Positions 36,243 to 49,467 are shown, numbered from the stretch's first letter. The stretch: 64,000 nucleotides of DNA from Octopus sinensis (GCF_006345805.1 NC_042997.1:33170001-33234000); one strand, 5' to 3'. The notes: generated by a model from the sequence alone, not told the origin. Program-made: numbers and translations.

Positions 36243-36485
36243 AACCATTATTATTATTACTATTAAGGTGGTAAGCTGGTAGAATTGTTAGCACGCTGGG
36301 CAAAATGCTTAGCAATATTTGATCTGCCCCTACGTTCCAAGTTCAAATTCTGCTGAGGTTGAACTTGCCTTTCATTCTTTCAGGGTTGATAAAGTAAGTA
36401 CCAGTGAAATAATGGGGCCAATATAATCAACTAGTCCCTTCTTGCTAAATTTCAGGCCTTGTGCCTTAAGAAGAAAGGATTATTA
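35915..36485 (+). mobile_element. Two tandem SINE B2 copies separated by (ACT)n
   Basis: Heads at about 35920 and 36266, B box gagttcaaat, tails tttcagg.ctt.gtg. Confidence 0.75.
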
Positions 36486-36611
36486 TTATTATTTATGGTT
36501 TCCTTTCATTATAATTTTATTTCAGCTGCCTTAGTACTGGGCATTCTCCAGACGTCAAGAGTAGCAAGGGCACTTTTATTTTGTTATGTATGCTAACATT
36601 TATCATCATCA

Positions 36612-36670
<59 letters not shown>

Positions 36671-36943
36671 GAAGGCAGTGGAAGGTAGAATTGGTCAAGG
36701 GATAAGCAAAATGCTTTGCAGTGTTTAATTATGTCATTTTGCAATGTGAGTTCAAATCCTGTCAAGGCTGATTTTATCATTCACCCTTCCAGGGTTAATA
36801 AACTGGAATAACACCCCTATATTATTTTCAGCATTAGTGAGTATGTTCTTTCCCCGCCTCCAAAAGTGTGATCTTGTTACAGTGTTAGAAAGCATGATAA
36901 TTATTATTATCAAACATTTTGGGCTTGTGCCAAAATTTGAAAC

Positions 36944-37006
<63 letters not shown>

Positions 37007-37361
37007 CAGTATCCTATAGATAATAATAAAAATTCATTGTTTGTACATATGCTGTGACATTTTCAATTGTTAAGCCATAACTTTTCTTTAATAGTATGTA
37101 CCCCCCTTTAACAGTTAACCATTCAAGCCTATCTTTTTATTTTGGCGAGCAGGAAAGGTTGCTAAAAGTATAGGTATGTAGGTAAGTAGACAGGTAGGTT
37201 GGTCGGTAGATTGGGAGATTGACAAGGATTATATGCATATATTATGACTATATATATATCAACACCATCATCTTTTAACATGTTTTCCATGCTGGCTGTC
37301 CAACCCATGCCAGCATGGAAAATAGACCTTAAATGATGATGATCACACACAGAATTTAAAT

Positions 37362-37410
<49 letters not shown>

Positions 37411-37411
37411 C

Positions 37412-37493
<82 letters not shown>

Positions 37494-37723
37494 TGAGAGA
37501 GAAAGTTTTACATACATATTGTAGTCTTCAGGAAATATGGGGAGAAATTCTCTCAATTGAAAAAGGAAAATATTATGGCACTAATTGCTGACCTTCGAAA
37601 CTGATGACTCAACCAAAATATTGGCTGATATTGTCTGACAATTCTTTGACTTTACATAGTGCCCCAGTACATGGTTCAAAGAAAAACAAAAGTGACAATA
37701 AGAGATATCATGAAAAATGATGA

Positions 37724-37888
37724 GACACAGGAGTGGTTGTGTGGTAAGTAGCTTGCTTACGAACCACATGGTTCCGGGTTCAGTCCCACTGTGTGAGACC
37801 TTGGGCAAGTGTCTTCTACTATAGCCTCGGACCGACCAAACCCTTGTGAGTGGATTTGGTAGATGGAAACTGAAAGAAACTCATTGTA

Positions 37889-37956
<68 letters not shown>

Positions 37957-38172
37957 GCGTGTATATGTTTGTCCCCCAACATCGCTTGACAACCGATGCT
38001 GGTGTATTTACATCCCCATCACTTAGTGGTTTGGCAAAAGAGACCAATACAATAAGTACTAGGCTTACCAAGAATAAGTCCTGGGGTCGATTCCTTTGAC
38101 TAAAGGCGGTGCTCCAGCATGGCTGCAGTCAAATGACTGAAACAAGTAAAAAAGTAAAAGAGAGTAAAGAGT
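37724..38172 (+). mobile_element. Full-length SINE A
   Basis: gacacaggagtggttgtgtggtaag..aaaagtaaaagagagtaaagagta; internal (TA)n. Confidence 0.92.
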
Positions 38173-38767
38173 ATCTGTAGCTAGATTCTATTTCCATATT
38201 GAAGTATAGATGAGTGGTTAAAGGGCAGTAAATACAAGGTAACATGTAATCAGCGGGTACCAAAATGGATTTGCAAAATCTAATGACCTCCTCTCCCACA
38301 GGCCACATAACCATGCTGGGATTGTGCCCTGTAGAAAATACTAAAATAAAGTATCTGAGATTAATGAATCAGAGTAGAAAACCCATTTGTTACACTTGTC
38401 TTAGTGAAACTCATCTCAGAGCCTGAATGCTAAGAAAAATTGGAAAGACTAAGCAAAAAAAAACATAAAGAAAGAAAAGAAATTGAAAATAAAAAGGGAT
38501 GCTGAAATGCTCCTGGCTTTGGGTAAAAGAAAATACAGGAGGATCAGTTAATTATGATTTTATGCAACATATTCCCCTCTCAGATTCACACACTTATTGC
38601 CGCAAATCTTCAGTTTTCCTAAGCCCTGTAAAAGAACTCAGAAGGTTGGACCTCCAGCCAGACCTTTTGAAATACCTTTAAAACCAGGAACTTTTCAGTA
38701 CCTCCTTGAAATATAGGTCAATGGCTGTAGCAAAAAAAAAAGAAAGAAAATTCCAGTTTTCAGAGAA

Positions 38768-38997
38768 CCTATTTCTTTACTACCCACAAGGGGCTAAACA
38801 CAGAGGAGACAAATAAGGACTGACAAACCGATTAAGTCGATTACATCACCCCCAGTGTGTAACTGGTACTTAATTTATCGACCCTGAAAGGATGAAAGGC
38901 AAAGTCGACCTCGGCGGAATTTGAACTCAGAACGTAATGACGGACGAAATACGGCTACGCATTTCGCCCGGCGTGCTAACGTTTCTGCCAGCTCGCA
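38768..38997 (-). mobile_element. SINE B1
   Basis: ctatttctttactacccacaagggg..ctgccagctcgc. Confidence 0.9.
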
Positions 38998-40359
38998 ACC
39001 ACCAGTCAAAACTCTGAGGATGGGCAGTGAAATGTCTTTGTGCCAAGTATTAGAAATAGATGCTCGAACATGTTGTCCCCTACCAATCTGTCATACCACA
39101 CCTGCAGTGGTGATAACTTATAGAACCACACCATCATTGTGCAATGAGGAAGAAATAACAGTTGTAGACGACAACTTACAAACAGAAAAAAGCATGAAAA
39201 GGTAAGGTAAAAAGAAAAAAAATCACTAAAAAGAAAGACTTAATCTAAAACTACAAATATCAGTGAGGAAGAACAATTTCTTTGAAACATCTATGGTACC
39301 TCTCCTTAGGAAGAAAGAAATGAAGAGGATGAAGAAAAACTAACGTTCACCATACTTTGAAAATAACACAAACAATTAATAGACAAAATCATACATTTGT
39401 GGTTCCACATACTCTTCAAAGAAGTTATGACAGAAAAACAGATCAGAATATAAACAATATGCAAAAGATAAATTATTGATAAAATCAAAACTAAGATACT
39501 AAATAAGAACTTAAATAAGAACAGCCTGAAGGGCTTGGAGTTTTTCAATGTTTAAAAACTGCTTACTGATGTATTTGATTGCACTTGTACACAGTTTGAG
39601 AAATGATAAGAACAGGGCTGTGGACTGCCCTGTGTTTCTTTTTACTTATATCTTGTTTTAATTATTGAGTGTTTTAACATACTTTTTCCATTCAATATAT
39701 GTATGTATTTGTATGTATCTATGTGTGTGTGTGTGTGCAGTTGCGTGTGTGTATATGCGTGTGTGTGTGTGTGTATTTGAGGGAAAGAGAGAGTGTGTGT
39801 GTATATGTATGTATGTATATATATATATATTTGTACATTTTAAAATCTTAATACAATCTTCCGTATATTATATTACAACTCACCCTCTCTCTTTTGTAGT
39901 TGTATATATATATATACATATATATATATATCTTTCAAACACTGTTTTCTCTTTTTTCCTTTATAACACCTAATGATGAACGTTTTGTATGTTTTCTACT
40001 TCTTCAAACCCTTGTGGTTAATAATAGTTGAATATAAAATGGGTAGTCATCACTGGAATATCGTAGTTTTTCTATAAGTCTTCTTCTAAGTTAAGACTTA
40101 ATCTAGGAATAAACAGCAACAGCACATAAAAAAGTGGATCAAATAATTTTGTTTAGTTTAGTTTTTTTCTTAGAGTTTCTTATAGTAAATTATAAAGCTA
40201 ATATTACATGCAGAATAAGTGGCAACCTGGCAGAATAGTAAACATTCCAGGCAAAATGCTGAGTGGTGTTTTGTCCTTTCAGGGTTGATAAAATAAATAC
40301 CAGTTGAGCATTGGGGTTGATGTCATAAACTTACTTTCCCACACTCTACTACATTATCA

Positions 40360-40800
40360 TCATCATCGTTTAACGTCCATTTCCGTGCTAGCATGGGTTG
40401 GACGGTTCGACCGGGGTCTGGGAAGCCAGGAGGCTGCACCAGGCTCCAGTCTGATCTGGCAGTGTTTCTACAGCTGGATGCCCTTCCTAACACCAACCAC
40501 TCCGTGAGTGTAGTGGGTGATTTTTATGTGCCACCGGCATAGGTGCCAGGGGAGGCTGGCAGTGGCCACAATTGGTTGGTGCTTTTTACGTGCTACTGGC
40601 ACAGAAGCTAGTCAAGGCGGCGCTGGCATCGGCCACGTTCGGATGGTGCTTTTTATGTGCCACCGGCACAGAAGCCAGTCGAGGCGGCACTGGCATCGGC
40701 CACGTTTGGATGGTGCTTTTTACGTGCCACTGGCACAGGTATCACAACTACAATTTCCATTTGATATTTATTTTGATGTTGATGTACTTGACTCAATAGG
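40360..40800 (-). mobile_element. RTE 3'-end copy (family C) with four internal repeat units
   Basis: (ATC)n tail; ggtg.ttttta.gtgc.ac.ggca repeated four times between 40515 and 40740. Confidence 0.9.
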
Positions 40801-41005
40801 TCTCCTCAAGCACAGCAGGGGTCTCCAAAAAGAAAAAAAACTACTGGCCTTGTGCCAAAAATTTGAAATCAGCATTACATGTGGGATGAAGCATGTTTGA
40901 TTTATTGAATGCAGTACATTGGTGATGCTGATTTTATCTACTAATTCTGTCAAGCTAGAAAGATTTGAGTTACTGAGGGAATCTCTACATGATAGCTTCA
41001 TCTGC

Positions 41006-41039
<34 letters not shown>

Positions 41040-41474
41040 GCCAAATCTTTCTTAGATTGCATCTAACATCTTAACAAAGAAGGGAAGCCACATTTGATAA
41101 TGTAGTCCTAGATACATTATGCATTAAAGAAGATGAATTGTATACAGCTGGAACACCTTCCGTCATATTTCTTTGAACAGATCTGACATGGAGCTAAACA
41201 ACAGCTATGCGGCGGGGTTAATGACAAAATGAACCTTAGTTGTAATTTGAACACAGGAAATAAAAAGATGAAGATAAATATTGACAATGTAATTATTCTG
41301 CTACTTAACCAGTTGCATCAAATTCAAATTACAGCTGTCATTTCCCTTCAGCCTGTTTGTCGATATTCGTATTCAACATCCCCACATTCCCTATAGTTCT
41401 CTCTCTCTCTCTCCCAATGCACATACATATATATATGTATGTTTATATAGGGTCACCTGTGTATTACACTAAAT

Positions 41475-42112
41475 GTATATACATCGTTGAATGTCATGAT
41501 ACTGTGGTTTTATTTGAGAGAAAATCTCTTTATAAACCGAGGCAAACATAGTTGTAGTAATGACTCATTTGAATGACAGATACATTTCACTCCACTTAGG
41601 GCTTGTCAATACAATGCACCCATTTCTTACTTGCTAAGATAAAATTCATGTTTTGATATATATATATATATATATATATACATAATAAACAGTGAATAAT
41701 ACATTGACTGGTATTGCAGAAAACTTGCTGAGCTGAAAAAAAATCCTCTTAGTGAAAGCAATTGAAACAGTATTTAAATGAAAATCATCATTTGTGTATC
41801 ATACAAAATGAATATACACCATTGAAAGGTATGATGCTGTGGTTTTTGTCTTAGAGAAAAATCTCTACATAGTTATGTTGTGTTAAAACATAATATATAC
41901 TAGAGTGAAATGAATACTGTCACAGCAGTGATTCTTGAAAACAACACATGCATTTCACCTTACTTGCAGCTTGTCAATGTCATATACCCATTTGCCCCCT
42001 GCTAAGATGAAATGTGTGTTTTGATATATAGGAAACAGTGAAAAGTACATTCACTGAACTCCAGAAAGCTTGCTGGGCTGTAAAAAATTCATTGAGTGTA
42101 ATTGAAATAACA
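41475..42112. repeat. Old tandem duplication, two units of about 330-360 bp
   Basis: Shared anchors ga..ctgtggtttt (41498/41833), gcttgtcaat (41601/41969), aaacagtgaa (41687/42033) and cttgctg.gctg. Confidence 0.75.
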
Positions 42113-42288
42113 TTATACTCTACAAAGTGATTGGCATTAGGAAGGGCATGCAGCCACAGAAACCACGCCAAAACAAATACTGGTGTTTGGTGTAGTTCTC
42201 TGGCTTGCTAGTTTCTGTCAAACAACCCAACCTATACCAGCATAGAAAAATGGATGTTAAAGGATGATGATGATGATGATATTACATA

Positions 42289-42516
42289 TACTCTTTATTC
42301 TCTTTTACTCTTTTACTTGTTTCAGTCATTTGACTGCGGCCATGCTGGAGCACCGCCTTTAATCGAGCAACTTGATCCCGGGACTATTCTTTTGTAAGCC
42401 CAGTACTTATTCTATCGGTCTCTTTTGCCGAACCACTAAGTAACAGAGACATAAACACACCAGCATCGTTGTCAAGCGATGCTAGGGGGACAAACACAGA
42501 CACACAAACACACACA

Positions 42517-42566
<50 letters not shown>

Positions 42567-42728
42567 TACATATATACGACGGGCTCCTTTCAGTTTCCAT
42601 CTACCAAATCCACTCACAAATCTTTGGTCGGCCCGAGGCTATAGCAGAAGACACTTGCCCAAGGTGCCACGCAGTGGGACTGAACCCGGAACCATGTGGT
42701 TGGTAAACAAGCTACTTACCACACAGCC
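42289..42728 (-). mobile_element. SINE A
   Basis: Full body with internal (TA)n. Confidence 0.92.
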
Positions 42729-43587
42729 ATAATTTTCTCTATCTGGCTGTCTTGCCTATCTTTCTAATTGTCTATGTCTTGCTGAGTAGAATATGGTTTG
42801 CTGAGGTCTCCTTAATGAATTGTTATTCTACTACATATATTTTCAGCAGGTGCATTTAGAAACCAAATGCACTCCATTCTAAAGTGTTTATCGTCTTGAA
42901 AATTTGATCAGCTGATTTTATGGGAATTTTTTTAAATTGCTTGTTGCCTTTAGATCAAACACTCCCAGAGGGAAATTTTTATCTACTAATCACTTGGGGG
43001 ATCCCAGCTAATTGAAGTTATACCACTATATTATACATGTGAGACACTATCACATTAAATTGTGCATTTGCTTGTTAATTAAATCATAACACACACACAC
43101 ACATACATACATACACATGCCTGTGCACATGTACTCACATATAAAAATATGAACATGTATGCATGCATACATGTGTTTGCACTTACACACATGCATATAT
43201 ATATATGACGTTAAACGATGATGATGATGATGATGATGATATAATATATATATATATATGCATGTATATATGCATGTATATATGCATGTATATATGTATG
43301 TATATACATGTATGTGTACATATATATGTATATATACTGGAACACACACAAACACAACAGATGAATTGCAAAATCCATGGATCCCCTAGATTTCAGTTTC
43401 TTTCCTCCCTTCCTTCCTTCCTTCATTCTTTCCTTCCTTCCTTCCTTCCTTTATCCATTCATTCCTTCATTCTTTCCTTCCTCCATTCGCTCGTTCTTTC
43501 ATTTCTTTTCTTATCTATTTATTTGCTGCCATTCATGCGTGTTTGAAATTTAATTGCAAAACCGTTTTGCATAAAAAAAAAAGGTAG

Positions 43588-43606
43588 TTTATAACGATTA
43601 TTGGGG

Positions 43607-43662
<56 letters not shown>

Positions 43663-44480
43663 GCTATAGTTGTGATCGATGTATGGGAGGTGATAAAGGG
43701 ATGGTGATAACGACTGTGGTGATAGCAAAAAAGAGAAAGGAGTAGGAGTAGTAGTATGATGCAGTTTGGTGGTGGTGGTGGTGGTGGTGGGAGGCGGATG
43801 ATGATGATGAGGAGGAGGAGGAGGAGGGGATGATGATGATGAGGAGGAGGAGGAGGATGGGATGATGATGGTGATGAGGAGGAGGAGGAGGGGATGATGA
43901 TGGTGATGAGGAGGAGGAGGAGGAGGAGGGGATGATGATGGTGATGAGGAGGAGGAGGAGGGGATGATGATGATGAGGAGGAGGAGGAGGAGGGGATGAT
44001 GATGGTGATGAGGAGGAGGAGGAGGGGATGATGATGAGGAGGAGGAGGAGGAGGAGGGGATGATGATGATGAGGAGGAGGAGGAGGAGGGGATGATGATG
44101 ATGATGAGGAGGAGGAGGAGGGGATGATGATGGTGATGAGGAGGAGGAGGAGGGGATGATGATGATGAGGAGGAGGAGGAGGAGGGGATGATGATGAGGA
44201 GGAGGAGGAGGAAGAGGAGGAGGAGGAGGAGGAGGAGGAGGGGATGATGATGGTGATGAGGAGGAGGAGGAGGGGATGATGATGATGAGGAGGAGGAGGA
44301 GGAGGGGATGAGGAGGAGGAGGAGGAGGAGGAAGAGGAGGAGGAGGAAGAAGAGGATGATGATGATGAGGAGGAGGAGGAGGAGGAAGAGGATGATGATG
44401 ATGATGATGAGGAGGAGGAGGAGGAGAGGAGGAGGAGGAGGAAGAGGATGATGATGACGAGGAGGAGGAGGAGGAGGAGT
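43588..44480. repeat. (GAT)n/(GAG)n compound array with an approximately 30-bp higher-order unit
   Basis: Recurrent gatgatgatggtgatgaggaggaggaggagggg units. Confidence 0.92.
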
Positions 44481-44589
44481 GAAAGCTGGTGTGTAAGGAT
44501 GGAATGGAGTGATTTAAGAGCTGAAAAAACCCCCACCCACATACAAACAGATACAAGTATAAAACCAGAAGTTCATGTACATACATACA

Positions 44590-44620
<31 letters not shown>

Positions 44621-45224
44621 CTAAAACTGAGATTTTGCGTCTTTAAAAACCACATGCTAACAAGTTTGATCACTGCTAACAGCCTAGTACAGAATTCATC
44701 CATCCTGAATGAACAAACAATTGTCTCCTTGAAACCTGTTTGCACATAATTAACATTCTAAGCTCTTTTTTTTCTTTATTTAATATTGTTAAATTTCATT
44801 TATTACAGCCTGTAAATGGACCCAATAAACTGATATTTCAATGTAATTGGCACGTCTTTATCATGCTTACTTGTGTATATGTATAGTGTATAGATCTTTT
44901 TTTGCTTCATTTTTTTTCTTTTCACTTATTTTACTCATTGGACTGCAACCATGATGGAGAGTTTAGAAGGACAAATCACCCCCCCCCCCCAGTATTTATT
45001 TTAAAATCTGATATTCATTTATCTCTTGCCAAAATGCCAAGTTACAGGTGCTCAAGCTTACCAAAACCAGTTATTAGTTGGTAGTGGTAATGTGGGGTGG
45101 AGTGCATTCAAAATGGTATATACACATACATATATACACATACATTCATATATATTTATATACATATTTACACACACACATACATCTCTTTCTTCTGGCC
45201 CTTAACCATTAATCTTTACACATT

Positions 45225-45403
45225 TTTCTCTCTCCATTTTCTTTTTCTTTTGTCCTCTTTCCTTGTTTCCTCTCAGTCCTTTCTGTCAAAGAGCATAGAC
45301 TCAAAATGTCAAAGGCTTTCCTGTTCTTCCTGACTGTCAAGCTAATACACCTGCTTGTTGTTCCTTACCCTGTCTTTGTCTTTTGTTTTCTGTAAATTCA
45401 GTC
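45225..45403 (+). mobile_element. Penelope-like terminal module with decayed hammerhead motif, ending in (TA)n
   Basis: ctttctgtcaaagagcatagactcaaaatgtcaaagg..ctaatacacctgcttgttgttcctta..ctgtaaattc then (TA)n; homologous to 28100-28250. Confidence 0.6.
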
Positions 45404-45514
45404 TATATATATATATATAACAGAGGCTGGCACAGCCCTCTGGTTTGCCAGCTCTTGTCAAACTGCCCAATCCATGCCAGCATGGAGAACAGGTATAAAT
45501 TGATGATGATATAT

Positions 45515-45546
<32 letters not shown>

Positions 45547-45706
45547 ATATATATATATATATATAATGATAATATATACTAGAGGATATATTATCCTCTT
45601 AAAGGGATGAATACATCCAAGAAAACACTGGTTCTATATCTTATGTCTTTTGGAAATAAAATTTTCCTAAATCAGTAGGTATATATTAAGTATATAATCT
45701 GTATTA

Positions 45707-45877
45707 AATTAAGAGATGAAAATGGAGAGTTAGTGGTTAATATTTATTTATTAATAAATTCATAATCATTTCTTCCTACAGCTGTAGGAAGCAGCTGTAC
45801 CCAGATTATAAGAAATGATTATCAATTTATCAGTAAATAAATATTAACCACTAACACTCCATTTTCTTTTCTTAATT
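45707..45877. repeat. Fold-back element, 68-bp arms and 35-nt spacer, between (TA)n tracts
   Basis: aattaagagatgaaaatggagagttagtggttaatattt..aatcatttctt is inverted at 45810-45877; the spacer contains ttcctacagctgtaggaa. Confidence 0.88.
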
Positions 45878-45878
45878 T

Positions 45879-45922
<44 letters not shown>

Positions 45923-45939
45923 GTATATCATCATGATCA

Positions 45940-46552
45940 TGATCATCATCATCATCATTTAGCATCTGCTTTCCATGCTGCCATGGGCTAGGCGGTTTGA
46001 CTGAAACTGGTAAGCTGGAGAGCTGCACCAGGTTCGAATCTGATTTGGCATGATTTCTTTGGCTGGATGTCCTTCCTAATGCCAACCTCTCCATGACTGT
46101 GATGGGTGCTTTTTACATGCCACCAGTATGGGTATCAGTTACATGACACCGGCATCAGCCACAAATATGATTTCACTTGGCTTGATGAGTCTTCTCAAGC
46201 ATTCCACTTGGCTTATATTTATTTATTCATTTATCCGTGCCGGTGGCATGTAAAAAGCACCATCCGATCGTGGCCGTTGCCAGCCTCGCCTGGCCCCCGT
46301 GCGCGTGGCACGTAAAAAGCACCATCCGATCGTGGCCATTGCCAGCCTCACCTGGCACCTGTGCAGGCGGCACGTAAAAAGCACCCACTACACTCACGGA
46401 ATGGTTGGCGTTAGGAAGGGCATCCAGCCATAGAAACATTGCCAGATAAGACCGGAGCCTGGTGCAGCCTTCTGGCTTCCCAGACCCCAGTTGAACCGTC
46501 CAACCCATGCTAGCATGGAAAGTGGACGCTAAATGATGATGATGATGATGAT
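45940..46552. mobile_element. Two family C copies in opposite orientation (tails outward)
   Basis: Minus copy 45940-46200; plus copy 46237-46552 with three internal repeat units. Confidence 0.85.
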
Positions 46553-47225
46553 GAAATGGAGAGAGAGAGAGAGAGAGAGAGAGGTGCATGTAATATGGAT
46601 ACAGATATATAATTGGAAGTTTGGGTTGATTTCACTATGAGTTGCAAATAATATAAAATCACATTCATTCTTGCACCACAAAAAGCCAAATCTTCAATTT
46701 ATCATGTTTTTCTCCATTTACAGAGTTTGGTTGAGACAAATAATATCTCATAGGATGCACAATGCAAAGTGGACATTGGTGTTAGGGGACATAACTCATT
46801 CAAGCGTTAATATTGCATGGTATTTGTGGTTGCCTTTTGCCCTATGCTGATATAGAGATACATGTATGCATACAATCTCTCTGAGAGTAAAACATTGAAG
46901 AAGATAAGCTATGACCAAATGCTTTGAAATTATCAGCTTCTATACCCAAATTATAAACCCACATTTATACCAATAATAATTGATGAACTTGATTTTGTGA
47001 AAAGCTAAGGTTTTCAGATAAAGAAACCAACCAGCTAACTTGCACAAAACAAAAACATTCTGTAAGTGGAACAGTAAAAATATGCAAGACTTTTCTCAAT
47101 TTAAAAATGTGAGATTGTTTTTGTTATCTGTATTCCAATGATGGACATTTGTATCTTTGTTAGAAACAAGTGACTTTATATCAGAATTCAAGTAATTAAA
47201 AACAGAAGATAACATACATACATAA

Positions 47226-47301
<76 letters not shown>

Positions 47302-47659
47302 ATAGATATATATATACACACACACACATGCTTACAGATAAGCACATTTACAAGAGGGCTTTTGTACAGTTGCTATCTATCAAATTTCATTTACAAAATA
47401 TTGAACAACTCAAAGAGAACTTCTAAAGAATACATCCATGCCTGTATCCACTCACAGATATTGATTTTATATTTTGGCCGAAAGAAAAAAAAACAGTTTC
47501 TCCTTTAAACTGTAATTAAGAAGGATTGCAAGTAATAAATGGAGTTTATTGATCAAGAACAGGGAGCAAGTAAATTTCAAGATCATGTCTTTGATGGTGT
47601 GAAAGTGCTAATAGCAATAATCTATTTTATTATGCTATATTTTAATGAACATATTTTAA

Positions 47660-47773
<114 letters not shown>

Positions 47774-47909
47774 GACTGTCTGTTTGTCTGTCTGTCTTTC
47801 GATTTATCTATCAATCATATTTGATAATTTTATTGGCAATAACTTTGGAATTTTGGTCTAGGGAATATTCAAATTGTTTATTCTCAATGTGTGTGTGTGT
47901 ATGTCTATG

Positions 47910-48002
<93 letters not shown>

Positions 48003-48144
48003 TATGTGTGTGTGTGTATATATATATATATATACATATCAGACTGGAGTCTGGTGCAGCCTTCCAGCATGCCAGCCTAGTCAAACTGTCCAACCCATGC
48101 TAGCATTGACAATGGACATTAAATGATGATGATGATATATATAA

Positions 48145-48175
<31 letters not shown>

Positions 48176-48993
48176 GAGTGAATGAGTGAGAGAGAAAGAG
48201 AGAAAGAGAGATAAAAAGCAATATAACCATATTCTCATTTCTAAGTTGAGATTTCAGTGCTCTATCCCACTACATCAGGGTCTTATGACTAATATGAGAA
48301 AACCTCAAATTCACAACCCATGAAAATCTATTTCCACAAAATTGAAAAACTGCAAAGGAAAGATATGGTCAAGTGAATGTGCCCCAGGACATGCCTGATA
48401 CTTATTTTATGCAATTTATATTGAATATTTTCTAGATTTGCTATATTTTCACATTGTTGTTTAAAACTATGTCAGCTGAGAAAGCAGATATACTATATTT
48501 TGTTCTGGCATCAAGGACTACATTACGCAATGTATTTTCTTGTGTATTTTTAAAATTGGCAAAAGGTGTGTTATAAGGGGGGAATTTGCTGCTATTTCTA
48601 GTAGGTCAAGTGGCAATAAGTGTTGAAACTCCTTTACCTTGTGCTACTTATTTTACCTGTGAGAGCCATGTTTAGTAAATATGGCACCAGGCATACGAGG
48701 ATTTGAAATTAGAATGTTGAGGAATGAAACTAAATACTGCAAGGCACTTACTTTGGCAGTCTACCATTTCTGTCATTCCATTGCTTTACTCTATCTCGTT
48801 TCTCATCTCAGAGTTATAGATATGCAAAGAAAGCTAATTCAGAGAAAGATATACATGTATTATATATGCACGCACACATGTGTGTGTGTATGTGTGTATA
48901 CACACACACAATCGCACACATATATATGCATATTTTAATTCTCTCTCTCTCCCTCTCTCCCTATCTCCTCCCCATCTCACTCTCTCTTCCTCC

Positions 48994-49028
<35 letters not shown>

Positions 49029-49034
49029 CTCTCT

Positions 49035-49090
<56 letters not shown>

Positions 49091-49091
49091 T

Positions 49092-49190
49092 TCCTTACTT
49101 TTCTGATGAGAAGGCGGCATAATGCACCCCTATTCCTTTGAAATTAGGAATATGCAGCTTTCGAAACATGTCGAAAATAAAATAAAGGAA
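49092..49190 (+). ncRNA. Type I hammerhead ribozyme, canonical core, minimal palindromic stem III
   Basis: CUGAUGA 49103-49109; stem II GAAGGC/GCUUUC (49110-15/49157-62) with a longer inner helix; GAAA 49163-66; C-au-G-UC cleavage site after 49172; stem I uuuu/gaaa extended by uuccuu/aaggaa. Confidence 0.85.
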
Positions 49191-49380
49191 TTTTGTTAAT
49201 TCGTCGTTCAACTCCATTCTTTCATTTATTTGTATTTAAAAAAACACACAAATTTACACATGATAGCACGTGATCTCTGCCCTAGGCATGTAGCTTCAAC
49301 CGTGTTTTTCTGACGTGAATTTGCTACCCAGGTATCGGTTAACCGAATTATCCATAATAAGATAATTCATTCAACTACTC

Positions 49381-49418
<38 letters not shown>

Positions 49419-49467
49419 AAAAGAAGTCAAGATAGAAAATTCTAAAATAATTTTATAAAAAACATTT

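Noticed and set aside
41970-42024. Terminal exon ending KMKCVF* as a prenylation motif
   Set aside because: Cys is at -3, not -4, so this is not CaaX; the acceptor phase is not conserved in the paralogous unit.
43519-44745. 408-aa and 292-aa Pro/Ser/His-rich ORFs
   Set aside because: Entirely explained by the TCC/ATC repeat array; no unique coding flanks or splice context.
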